Assembly (NCBI GenBank): GCA_937944175.1 | Contig: CALDZW010000043.1 | Coordinates: forward strand, 1-42,224 | From: an uncultured Candidatus Altimarinota bacterium | GTDB taxonomy: Bacteria; Patescibacteriota; Gracilibacteria; BD1-5; UBA6164 | DNA length: 42,224 bases | Reading direction: 5' to 3' | Part shown: in pieces, positions 23,510 to 33,825 of the stretch | How the letters are laid out: each line of letters begins with the position of its first letter | Numbering within the stretch: position 1 is the stretch's first letter | Position numbers and translations under genes: made by a program | The notes under the pieces: model-generated | What the model was told of the DNA's origin: nothing | Seen by the model: the letters and a program-made list of their open reading frames with translations, nothing else | Databases searched by the model: none

Positions 23510-24085
23510 ATGGAAACTTTTTTAAAAAAAGAGATTAAAGCTTGAAAGTTTGAGCTAATAATTGATACTCAAATTTTCTCAAAAGATATTATATTGAAAT
23601 CAGCATTTGTTTACTTGGATCAATGATATTTCTTCTTCAAATATGATAAAGAAAATATTATTTTACAGTTTACTCAAAAAGATTGAGTAGATGTAAGTCC
23701 AGAGATAATTATATGAGAGTTTTCTGATACATTATTAGAGATGACTCTAAGAGATAAACTAGAAAAAGATAATAAAACTATTAGAGAAGCAATAGTTGAA
23801 AAGGCAATTAATGGGCCTTTAGATCAACAAAATTTTGTTACGCTAGATACAGATGCTTGAGAGCAGGTATGAAAACAAACTGAACAAAATCAAATAGATT
23901 TTGACAAAGATATTGATGAAATTCTTAAAGAAATAGAAAATGATCCAGAGCTTCAAATTGATGAGGCAGAAATTGAAAAAATTCTTAAGGAAATAGAAGA
24001 GGAAACAGAGACAGAAGTACAAAAACCAAAATTATCTGCTAATTTGGATGGATTAAAAAAGGCAAAAAATCAGTTTAAAAAATAG
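23510..24085 (+). CDS. hxsD: HxsD-like protein with an acidic repeat-containing C-terminal extension
   Basis: The frame was checked codon by codon. ATG at 23510, TAG at 24083-24085, 191 aa. The N-terminal domain (FSKDIILKSAFVYLDQGYFFF...FSDTLLEMTLRDKLEKDNKTIREAIVEKAI) matches my memory of the HxsD signature LLNDYxLRE. The tail contains the duplicated EILKEIEND / KILKEIEEE. Confidence 0.5.
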
Positions 24086-24116
24086 GCATAAAAATATACA
24101 AGATAATAATGAAGTA

Positions 24117-24302
24117 ATGAAAAAAGATTTCACAGTAGATTTTTGAATATATAATGAAGAAATATTGAAACAAGCTATTTCAGATTTTTCAGAAGTTGGA
24201 GAAATTGAGCTAAGAAAAAATGTTATCACTATTTCTGGAGAAATAGATAGTGAAATTGAAGAAATTTTTAATGAACTTATGAATTATATCCTCAGTCTAT
24301 AA
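24117..24302 (+). CDS. Small HxsD-N-terminal-like protein (61 aa)
   Basis: ATG at 24117, TAA at 24300-24302. It shares a pattern with the preceding gene (YNEEILKQAISDFSEVGEIE...IFNELMNYILSL) and stops at the position of the LLxxxxLR motif. Confidence 0.4.
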
Positions 24303-24311
24303 AAAATATAT

Positions 24312-25766
24312 ATGCTAGATTTAGAAAAAATTCAAAATACCAATACTACTAAAATAGGGTTTTTTAGGTTTAAAAAATTTGATGACAATCAGTATTTGCT
24401 TACAAATGATGCTTGAAAATTCATATTCCTAAGCAATGCAGATTTTGAAATATTTGTAAGTTGAGAAAGTCTTGAGGCTCTTGCTGATTATGGTGATTTA
24501 ATAAAAAAAGGATTCATAAAAAATGATGATTATCAAGCAAAAATGACTTGATCAGTTGCTTTAAAAAATCACTTTGTCTGAGTGTGACCAACTCTTCATA
24601 TGATTGTTACTACGCTTAGATGTAATCATAAATGTAAATATTGTCATGCAGCAGTTGCTCCAATGACAGCAACAGAGTTTGATATGTCAAAAGAAACAGC
24701 AAAAAAAGTAGTTGATACCATTTTCTTTACTAGCTCACCAAGTTTAACTATTGAATTTCAGTGAGGTGAGTCACTTGTGAACTATGAAGTGGTTCAGTAC
24801 ATTACAGAGTATGCAAAAGCAAAAGCACAACATCTCAAGAAAAATCTTCAATTAAATTTAGTGACAAATCTTACATTAATGACTGAAGAAAAGCTCACTT
24901 GGTTACTTGATAATTGAGTTGATATATGTACTAGTCTTGATGGAGATGAGATCACTCATAATAATAATAGGTCTGGATATCAAGACTGAAATTCATTTGA
25001 AACAGTTACTTACTGGCTAAAAAGGGTTAGTGAAGAAAAACAAAAAAGAAATATGTGAAAAATATGAGCACTTTTGACTGTGACAAAAGAAACTATCCCA
25101 AAATTTAAAGAAATTATTGATCAATATGTTGGTTTATGACTTGACTGAATTTTTCTTCGTTGGTTAAATCCATATGGCTTTGCAGCAACTCAAAAAGAAG
25201 ATCTTGCATATGATTCAGATGAATGGATTAAATTTTATAAAAACTCACTTGATTACATTATAGAATTAAATAAAAAATGAACAGTATTTAGAGAACACAT
25301 TACATGAATATATTTAATGAAGATTTTTAACTGAAAAGATCCAGCGTTTATGGACATTAGAAGTCCAAGCTGAATTGCTGTTGGTTGAGTGGCTTATAAT
25401 TATGATGGCAATATATATGCCAGTGATGAATCAAGAATGTTGTGAAGAATGTGAGATGATAGTTTTCTTATGTGTGAAGCTTGAGAGGATGGTAAAGAAA
25501 ATTATAAGAATATGATCAATTCTGATATTACTAAGATTGCAGTTCAATCAAGTACACTAGATTGACTTCCAGGTTATAATGATCATGTGTATAAAACCTA
25601 TCTATGAGTGGATATAATACACAACTATAAAACAGCAGGATCATTGTATAATCCAATTCAAAAAGATGAAAAGATGCAAATGCAGATAGCTATTCTTGAT
25701 TATATTTTTGAGAAACTGCAAGATCCAGAAGATGAAAAAATATTAATGAGTTGGATTTGAAAGTAG
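24312..25766 (+). CDS. hxsB: Radical SAM enzyme, HxsB-like peptide maturase with N-terminal RRE-like domain
   Basis: All 484 codons were checked with no TAA/TAG. CNHKCKYC cluster motif at about residue 105 and a FQGGESL glycine-rich motif. The ~95-aa N-terminal domain (YLLTNDAGKFIFLSNADFEIFVSG...LIKKGFI) looks like a peptide-recognition element. The C-terminus has a SPASM-like spacing but lacks the cysteines. Stop is TAG at 25764-25766. Confidence 0.7.
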
Positions 25767-25826
25767 ACTTGAAAAATACTGATTAAAGAATAGTATAGTT
25801 ATATCTTATTAAAATTTTACTAAAGT

Positions 25827-26219
25827 ATGAGTGATAAAAAGAAGAAAATTTTTCCAAAGATTAAGAAAAAATTAAAGTCTTTCTTGACAGACGAAAGTGG
25901 GAAAATCACGAAAAAGGATGCTTTGGGGTTGAGTGCAGCAGGTCTTTTGCTGACTTGAGCTAATGACGCAAGTGCTGCAGTGACAACTTGGACAGTCCCT
26001 GCAGGGTTGCCTTTTCCAAACCCAGCAGATCCAAATAACCATAATAATTCAGTTGCTCCTACATATATGACTGTATCATGACCAGCTACCTGCTCACATG
26101 CAAGTGGGATAGTTAACTGACATTATAGTGCTGTTCCCAATGTTAACCAAACTCAAACACAATATGAACTTCATGGTCATGGAAGTCATGGAAGTCATGG
26201 AAGTCATGGGCAATGGTAA
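25827..26219 (+). CDS. hxsA: His-Xaa-Ser repeat peptide (HxsA-like putative precursor/substrate), 130 aa
   Basis: ATG at 25827, TAA at 26217-26219. Lys-rich N-terminus, a hydrophobic segment ALGLSAAGLLLTGA, then NDASAA (AXA-like). The C-terminal half contains SHASG, GHYSA and ends in HGHGSHGSHGSHGQW. Confidence 0.65.
26172..26210 (+). repeat. 9-bp in-frame tandem repeat encoding (His-Gly-Ser)3
   Basis: The unit CATGGAAGT occurs three times, perfectly, at 26178-26204. It is flanked by the degenerate copies CATGGT and CATGGG. Confidence 0.95.
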
Positions 26220-26242
26220 TTTAAACTTAATATAGATATATT

Positions 26243-26995
26243 ATGAATGGAAAATTATTATTATCAATAATTGTGAATATCATTTTTGTTTTTGCAATAG
26301 CATACTATTTCACTAATAATCAAGAAGTATATACCTTAACCTCTGAAGTTAAGAAGAATGAATGAACTACCAATATTATTTGATCTAATGCTGCTCAGCC
26401 TTTTTTACAACAACCTGACAATAATGTGCAAGCGGGTAATAATATGCAAAAAAGTATAATTAGTGCAAAGTCAAACACTGATAAATGTGATTTCTCAGTG
26501 AGTTTACAAAATGATTTTTGAGACAATTGATTGAACCAAGAGTTACAAGAAAAGACAAAGAAGATATTAGAATTATCAATTGAAAAATGAGAGGATTATA
26601 GATTCTATAGGGCTTTTCATTCTTGAGAAAAGTGTGAAAAGCTTTTTGAAGATTACATCTTAGAAAACCTATGTAATATTATTGTTAATAATAAACAAAA
26701 TTCTTATACTAAGCTTGTCTGATATGATGAGTATGAAGATAATAAAGAGAAAAATAAAGTTTTATGAGTGGCAAGCAAGTTCTTATGAAATGATGATAAT
26801 ATATGTGATAAAGTATGTGAAGAATCTTACAATGATTTTTTGATTATTAAGGAGAATAATATTAATACAAAAGATATTTTTAATAAAAGTATCTCTGAAA
26901 TTACAACATTACTAATTAATTGATCTATTTCTAAAGATGAATTGATAACAATTGCTTCAAAACAGTGCATTAAAAATAGTTCAAAAAAACAATAA
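26243..26995 (+). CDS. Membrane-anchored hypothetical protein (250 aa)
   Basis: The frame was checked codon by codon. ATG at 26243, TAA at 26993-26995. N-terminal TM segment LLLSIIVNIIFVFAIAYYF. The extracytoplasmic part has 7 Cys. No recognisable domain. Confidence 0.55.
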
Positions 26996-26997
26996 TT

Positions 26998-28215
26998 ATG
27001 TGAAAGAATAATGAGAAATTGTTAAATAGCATATCAATTTACATATATCAGAATGAGCAAGATGATTTTTTTATGAGTAACATAGAGATGTTATCTATAC
27101 AATCCTTTTTAACTCAAGAATGTCCAAATTCTAGAAAAAAAGTATTTTTTATAAATACGGGGTTTTTATTATCTAAAATATTGTTAGAAGAGAATATTGA
27201 GTGATATTTGAGGTTAATGGAGTTAATCAAAAAGAAGCTAATAACAAGTAATATTTGATGATTAAAAATAATCTTTGATTACCTCCCCTTAAGATTTTTT
27301 TGAAAAAGCTTTTTAAAAAATAATTATTATTATTTAAACTTTGAAAACAATTTTTGAATAGAATCTTTTTATAATGTAAAGAAAAAAACACACCAAAAAA
27401 GAGTTTCTATCCAGGTTTTAGTCTCTAGATTAGACTTTTTAGATGATTTATTTTCATCAATTGTAAATCAATCTATAGAGGTAAAAGAGATATTCATTTT
27501 TGTGAATTTTAAAAATAAAGAGGATATTGTTTTATTTGAGCTTAAATTTTTAAATTATATGAATTTTTCAGACTGCAATATCAAATTGTCTTATTCCATA
27601 GAAGAGTTTTCTGAATCAAAAGCAAGAATCTTTATGCCCAGAGAATCAGAATGTAGATATATTCTACCCTTAGATGATGATGACTTTTTAGATGAAAATT
27701 GTGTATCTGAGGTGGAAAAAGTCTTAAATAATTATTGAGATTTTTCATTAATAAAAGGGTTATATACATGAATAAGAAGTAAAGACAATTTTGAGAATAG
27801 AAGAAAAAATACAGAAGAGATAGGTATAAAAGAGAAAGTAGATTATGAGCTTGATAGAAGAAAATGACGTTTCCTTGTTCCCAAAAATATAGCATCAGTT
27901 GATCAATTATATGTCTATAATTATGATTTATTAGAGTACTATTGAATAACAACACATAAAGAAAGCTTTAATGATCCATGAATAGAAATAGAGCTATTCT
28001 TAAAATCTGAGGAAATATGATGATTTTTTTTAATTGAGAAAGAATTGTATTTTAAACGATCTTGGGAATCACAAGTTACTAATAATTTTTCTTTTCAGAA
28101 GGAGTTATTTAACTATCTATTCAATATCTTAAGTAAGACCTTGATATATAGAAATATAGATAAGTATGTTAAAATAGATTTATTTCCATACATTAAAATT
28201 GATCCAAAACATTAG
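26998..28215 (+). CDS. Glycosyltransferase family 2-like protein (405 aa) with an extra degenerate GT-A-like N-terminal module
   Basis: ATG at 26998, TAG at 28213-28215. VSIQVLVSRLDFLDDLFSSIVNQS...IFIFVN and the DXD-type LDDDDFLDE fit a GT-A fold. Residues about 10-60 (ISIYIYQNEQDDFFMSNIEMLSIQSF...VFFINTG) repeat the same pattern. Confidence 0.5.
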
Positions 28216-28220
28216 CAATT

Positions 28221-29156
28221 ATGAAAAAAATAGTGGTCACATGAGGACTAGGTTTTATAGGAAGTTATTTTGTTGAAAAGGCATTAAAAGAGGGCTTCCA
28301 TATAATTAATATAGATAAAAATATTTATAAGAAAAGAACAAATACAACATATGCAATGAATAAAAAGTATCAATTATGGGAAAATGATATTCTTGATATA
28401 AAAGAGATCCCAAGTGATGTTGACTTTGTAGTACATTTTGCAGCTGAGACAAGTGTTGATGAGTCAATCAATAGTCCAGAAAAATTTATTGATTCAAACA
28501 TTAATTGAACTTTACATTTATTACAACTATTTATTCAACATGTCTCTTTGGAGAAGGCAAAGTTTATTTATATTTCTACTGATGAAGTTTATTGAGAGAT
28601 TCCAGTAGGAATGTTCAATGAAGAGAGTCCAATGATTGCATGAAATACATATGCAGCTACTAAGATAGCTGCTGAACAGCTGGTTTTTGCATTCCATAAA
28701 ACTTATTGAATAAGGTTCAATATATGTAGGAGCTCAAATATTTATTGATACTGACAAAGTGATGATAAGCTCATACCAAAGGTTATTAAATTTGCATGAA
28801 AAAAGCAAAAGATTTGAGTTCATGGATCATGACTTTATTCACGAGAGTGGACATTTGCTTGAGATAATGTGGAATGAATCTTTATTGTAATGATAAAGGG
28901 TAGTGAAAATGAGATATACAATATTTCAACAAATGAGGAATTCACAAATTTGGAGATCATAAAAAAAGTATTAAAAATAACATGACTCCCAGAGAACTTT
29001 TATGTAAATGTTGAAAACAGAAAGTGACAAGATTGCAGGTATTCAGTTGAATCAAAAAAGATAAGATTATTATGATGGAGGCAGACAATGACTGTTGATA
29101 GGTATTTAGACTTATATTTTAACAAATCTTCCAAAGGTGAAAGTTGAATTTTATAA
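28221..29156 (+). CDS. rfbB: dTDP-glucose 4,6-dehydratase-like NDP-sugar dehydratase (SDR family)
   Basis: Rossmann motif VTGGLGFIGSYF, then HFAAETSVDES, ISTDEVYGE and the YAATK catalytic Tyr/Lys. Stop is TAA at 29154-29156. 311 aa. Confidence 0.8.
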
Positions 29157-30270
29157 ACATAATATATGAATCATTGATGTTTTTAACCTTTTAAAAGTAT
29201 TAAAAGGTATTTTTCTGACTACATGAAAGACTGTAGATAAATTTGAAAGAAAATTATCTTTATATACTTGAAATAAATATTCAATCTGAATGAAATCATG
29301 TACAATAGCACTTTTTTTATCATTAAAGTACTTTAATATCTGAAAATGAGATGAGGTTATTACTACTCCATTATCATTTGTTTCTACAGCAAACTCTATT
29401 GAACATACATGAGCAAAACCAGTTTTTGTTGATGTTGATAAAAAAACATGAAATATTGATCTTAAGAAGATTGAATGAAAAATTACATCTAAAACTAAGG
29501 CAATAATAGTAGTACATCTATATTGACAAATGGTTGATATTGTTAAACTAAAATGAATAACTGATAAATACAACATAAAAATTATTGAAGACTCAGCACA
29601 CTGTGTTGAGTGAGAAAACAATTGAATCAGACCATGAAATATATCAAACTGTGCATGCTTTTCATTTTCGACAATAAAGAATATAACAAGTTGAGAATGA
29701 GGAGCAATAAGTACGAATGATAAAAGTATGAGTGACTGGCTTAAAAAGGCTAGATTACACTGAATTTCTAAATCAGCAGCTCAAAGGTATGGACTTACTT
29801 ATGAACATTATGATATGGAATTTTTATGATATAAGTCAAATATGACAAATATTGATGCATCATTATTATTAAATCAAATTGATAATATTGATAAACTTTT
29901 ATTAAAAAGAGAAAGGATATCTCAAAAGTATAATGATTGATTCAAAAATAATGAAAATATAGGTTACCCAGATGTATTACTAAATTGAGTACATGCAAGA
30001 CATTTATATACTATATTGATAAAAGATTCTTGATTAAGAGACACATATATATATAAGCTTCAGAAAGCATGAATATGAGTTGCAGTTAACTTTAGAACTA
30101 TTCATCTGATGTCTTATTATAAAAAGAAGTATAGTTATAAAAGAGGGGATTTTCCTAATGCTGAATTTTATTGAGATGCTACTATATCTATTCCCCTTTA
30201 CCCAAAATTAAGAAACAGTGAAATAAACTATATTATTAAAATAATAAATAGTATTAATTATGCAACATAA
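29137..30270 (+). CDS. DegT/DnrJ/EryC1/StrS-family PLP-dependent sugar aminotransferase
   Basis: The only plausible start is GTG at 29137 (the frame opens after TAG at 29107), overlapping rfbB by 20 nt. Motifs: TTGKTVDKFERKLSLYTG, EVITTPLSFVSTANSI, IEDSAHCVEG, and the Lys motif FSFSTIKNITSGEGGAI. Stop is TAA at 30268-30270. Confidence 0.8.
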
Positions 30271-31189
30271 AAGTGTGTTTTTAGAATTAACAGATAACTG
30301 CAACCTTTCCTGTGAGTATTGTAATAAACATTATGGTTTTGAATACATTGATTTGGCATTATTTGAAAATGTTGTGAGACAGGTTGCTGTCAATAAAAAG
30401 ATACTTGTAAGAATGCTATGTCTATGGTGATGAGAGCCATTCTTACACCCAAAAATATGAGATATATTCCAAATTTTAAAAACATTTTTTCAAAATTATG
30501 TAGGAAGTTTTGACATCATTATTAATACAAACTGACTTTTATTAAGAAAAAATAGGGATTTGTTAGACAGCTTGGTAGAAGAGCTAGCAAATATAAACTT
30601 TATAGTTTATGTCTCTTTAGATGGAATATGAAAGGAAGGAAATATTAACCGAGCTATTACAAATAAGCAATATTACTGAATTGTTGATTCTGTCAAATAT
30701 CTGAAAAATAAAAAATTAGAAAATTTAACTGTGAAGGTAAGCTCAGTTTTATCTTTTAAGAACTCTCCATTATCTCAGCTAAGATCTTTTGTTTCTTACT
30801 TTGACTCATTAGGTGTTGATATCAATTTTTGTTTTCAAGAGTTTGTTTCTTGAAAAGAAAAAAAAATAAAAAAAGATGAACTTAAATTGCTATTGAAGAA
30901 ATACATTTTTTTGAAGAAGAAGAAAATTGACGTGTATTTAGAATCAAAAAATGAGTTTAATGATAATTATAGAATCAATGTTAAAGGAGTTGTTAATAAA
31001 CATATTGATGGTAGTTTTGATTGATCTGATAAATTTATTATATCTAAAGAATGAGACATTAAGAATATTGAAAATGAAACAAGTATAGATATAACAAATG
31101 ATGAGATATGGTGAATAATGTATGCTAAAAAAGATTATATTAAATTGATAAGCATTATATATAATTCAACTTATAAAGACACGGGATAG
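30260..31189 (+). CDS. Radical SAM enzyme (309 aa, no C-terminal Cys cluster)
   Basis: The ATG at 30260 overlaps the aminotransferase gene by 11 nt. All codons were checked. CNLSCEYC at residues 14-21, then WGGEPFLHP and SLDG. Stop is TAG at 31187-31189. Confidence 0.8.
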
Positions 31190-31378
31190 GTTGAGTTACA
31201 CATAATGACATTTCTATAAAGAATGCCAGGACATTCTTCTTGCATTACTCTAATTGTAATAAAACAACTTATTGAGAGGAGTATATGTAAGGATTAGTGT
31301 ATGAAACGATTATAGAGTGGACAATTAATGATAAAATAATATAATTTTTTCAATTATATTATATCAAAAAGTAAAATT

Positions 31379-32794
31379 ATGAAAGGGTTCTCAATACAAC
31401 ATACTAAAATGCTCTTATTCTTGATTAACTTTTTTGATGGTATTGGCTTAGCTTTTAATTACCCATGGTACATATTTTATAACCAAAATTATAGTAGTTC
31501 AGAGGTGAACTCTTTTTGGGAGAGGCATAATCAAACTAATCACCCAACTCAATTATATTTACACACGCTGTTTTGTGAAACCAAGTGTCATTACTGTAAT
31601 TGTATATCTTATGTTGATAATGATCAAGGGAACTTTGTCAAATATAAATATTTCTTATTTCAAGAGATAGATAATTATAGTAAGATTATTACTAAAGATT
31701 TAGATACTCTTTATTTTTGATGAGGAACCTTCTCACTTTGGAATGAACAAGATATGGAAGAGATATTAATAAAAATTAAGAAAAGTTTTAATTTTAAGAA
31801 GAATTACACCTGGATGGTTGAACTACACCCTGAGTCAACTAATAGAAAGAAACTTGAAATATTGAAGAAGTATTGAGTCACAAATGTCATGATAGGGTTA
31901 CAGTCTCTTAACAAAAAAGTGAGTGAAAAGAATAATCGACCATATAATGAATGAAAAATTATTGAAGTAATTGATGACATTGTTGATCTGAGGTTTAATA
32001 AAGTATGCTTTGATATAATGTATAATTTGCCTTATGAAACCTATGAAGATTTAGAAGAGAATCTCTGTAACTTAAAAAAAATAGGTGAAAGAATATCTTG
32101 AAAAATTAATATGAATCTTGAGATAAATAAATGGAATATGTCATATAATGTCCCATTTTACAAGATATGAATTAATGATAATTTTTCTAAACTACAGGAC
32201 TTCTTAGAGGACTTTTTTAGATTGCTAGACAGAAAGACAGCATTGATAAAGTCATTTAAAGAAAAATCACTAAATAGTTTATTTGGTCATAATAGAGAAG
32301 AGATTGATTCAAGAAAAAAGAATAATTCTGCCATATTAGGGATTGGCTATTGAGCAATATCTTATGTCCCCTGAATTGCTACATATAGTTTTGATTTTTC
32401 ATATAAGAAGATTAAAAGTTTTTATGGAAATACGAAGTTTAAATGACATAATCTTTCAGAGCAAGATAACATAAACTTTTCTTTTTTAAATAATATAAGG
32501 TCTTGATTTGATCCTGTAATTATGCAATCAGCACTTTCATCTATTTCTCAAGAAGCATTGAGACATTTTAAAAAAATACAAAAAAGTCTTAAATTATCTA
32601 GTGATTGAAAAATAACAGCACAACTTGAAAATGATTTACTCCTTCATCAAATGTCTCTTTGTTTTTATTCATATTCAAAAAGAAAGGATGTTATGAAGTG
32701 ACTGGTTAAAAAGTGGTTTTCTTTAGGTAATAGTGTAGAAGACCTTGAAGATAATATTGATAATTATTTAGAATTATATTATAAGAAAGATTAG
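31379..32794 (+). CDS. HemN-like radical SAM enzyme (coproporphyrinogen III oxidase-like / class C methyltransferase-like), 471 aa
   Basis: All codons were checked. LYLHTLFCETKCHYCNC (the HemN-type CxxxCxxCxC), then YFGGGTFS and VMIGLQSLN. Long C-terminal domain. Stop is TAG at 32792-32794. Confidence 0.75.
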
Positions 32795-32849
32795 ATATGC
32801 TTTTTATGTAGGGCTCAGAGTATGTTTATATATGTAATATATAGAGATT

Positions 32850-33758
32850 ATGAAACGATTAGAATTTCACATAACATATTCTTGTAATCATGCTTGCATA
32901 TTTTGTAGTGAGGATGATAGGATGATGGAATACTCAAAAAATCCTCTAACTGAGATCCAAGTTCGTTCAATACTTGTTGATAGAGCAAAAAAGTGATATA
33001 ATCATGTTAACTTTACTTGAGGAGAACCAACACTCTTCCCAAACTTCTTAAAGCTTTTGAGTTTTACTAAAAAGATTGGTTATAAAATTTATGTATGAAC
33101 AAATGGCACCTCATTTGTATCTAAATCCTTCTCAAAAGAAGCTTTAAAATATATTGACGAGCTATCTTTATCAATTCATTGGTTTAATCAAATTAGCTGT
33201 AAAGCTCAAACAGGGCACAAAAAACATTTTGACCTTTTTAAGATTATTGCAAAGAATATTAAAACTTATAACCAGAAGAATTTTTTCTTCTCTAATGTTG
33301 TAATAAATAAATCTAATTATATGGATACACTAAAGATTATTAAATTTGTTAAAGAATCTGATTATCCAGTAGCACAAGTACTTATCTCAAATATAGCACC
33401 TGAATGATTGGCTGACCATAATTTTAAAGACCTAGCATTCTCTCTTGATGATTTTAAATTAGATATACCTGATATAGTAACATATACATCTCAGAATAAT
33501 ATTATCTTGAGGTTCTTTGGTCTTCCAACATGTATTCTTTGAAGGGATTATGAAGATTACTCTAATGATGGTCATTGGCAAGAAAGGCACACAATAGAAA
33601 GATATACAAATGATCGTGGTAATATTGTTCTTAAAGATACTTACAGTCCTGATAATTCACGTAAGAGGACTTTTGTGAGAAAGTGTCAGACTTGTGAGTG
33701 GAGATTGAATCCCTGTACTTGAGTATTTAAAAAATATTTAGATTTCTATGAATTTTAG
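32850..33758 (+). CDS. Radical SAM enzyme with a C-terminal 4-Cys (twitch / partial SPASM-like) motif, 302 aa
   Basis: CNHACIFC at residues 12-19 and FTGGEPTLFP. C-terminal GLPTCILG ... CQTCEWRLNPCTGVF. Stop is TAG at 33756-33758. Confidence 0.8.
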
Positions 33759-33825
33759 ATTAATAATTTATCTATTACATAGAGATTACTATTGCTAATA
33801 AGATACTCAAATAGTTTAATTTTTC

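Noticed and set aside
29151-29621. 156-aa minus-strand ORF in the track.
   Set aside because: It is antisense to the DegT-type aminotransferase, whose plus-strand translation carries the family motifs. The antisense product has no recognisable features.
31300-31312. A 13-nt exact match, TATGAAACGATTA, occurs in the 31190-31378 gap and at the start of the rSAM gene at 32849-32861 (MKRL...). It could be a vestigial duplicated gene start.
   Set aside because: In about 42 kb of AT-rich sequence, several 13-mer matches are expected by chance. The similarity does not extend beyond 13 nt.
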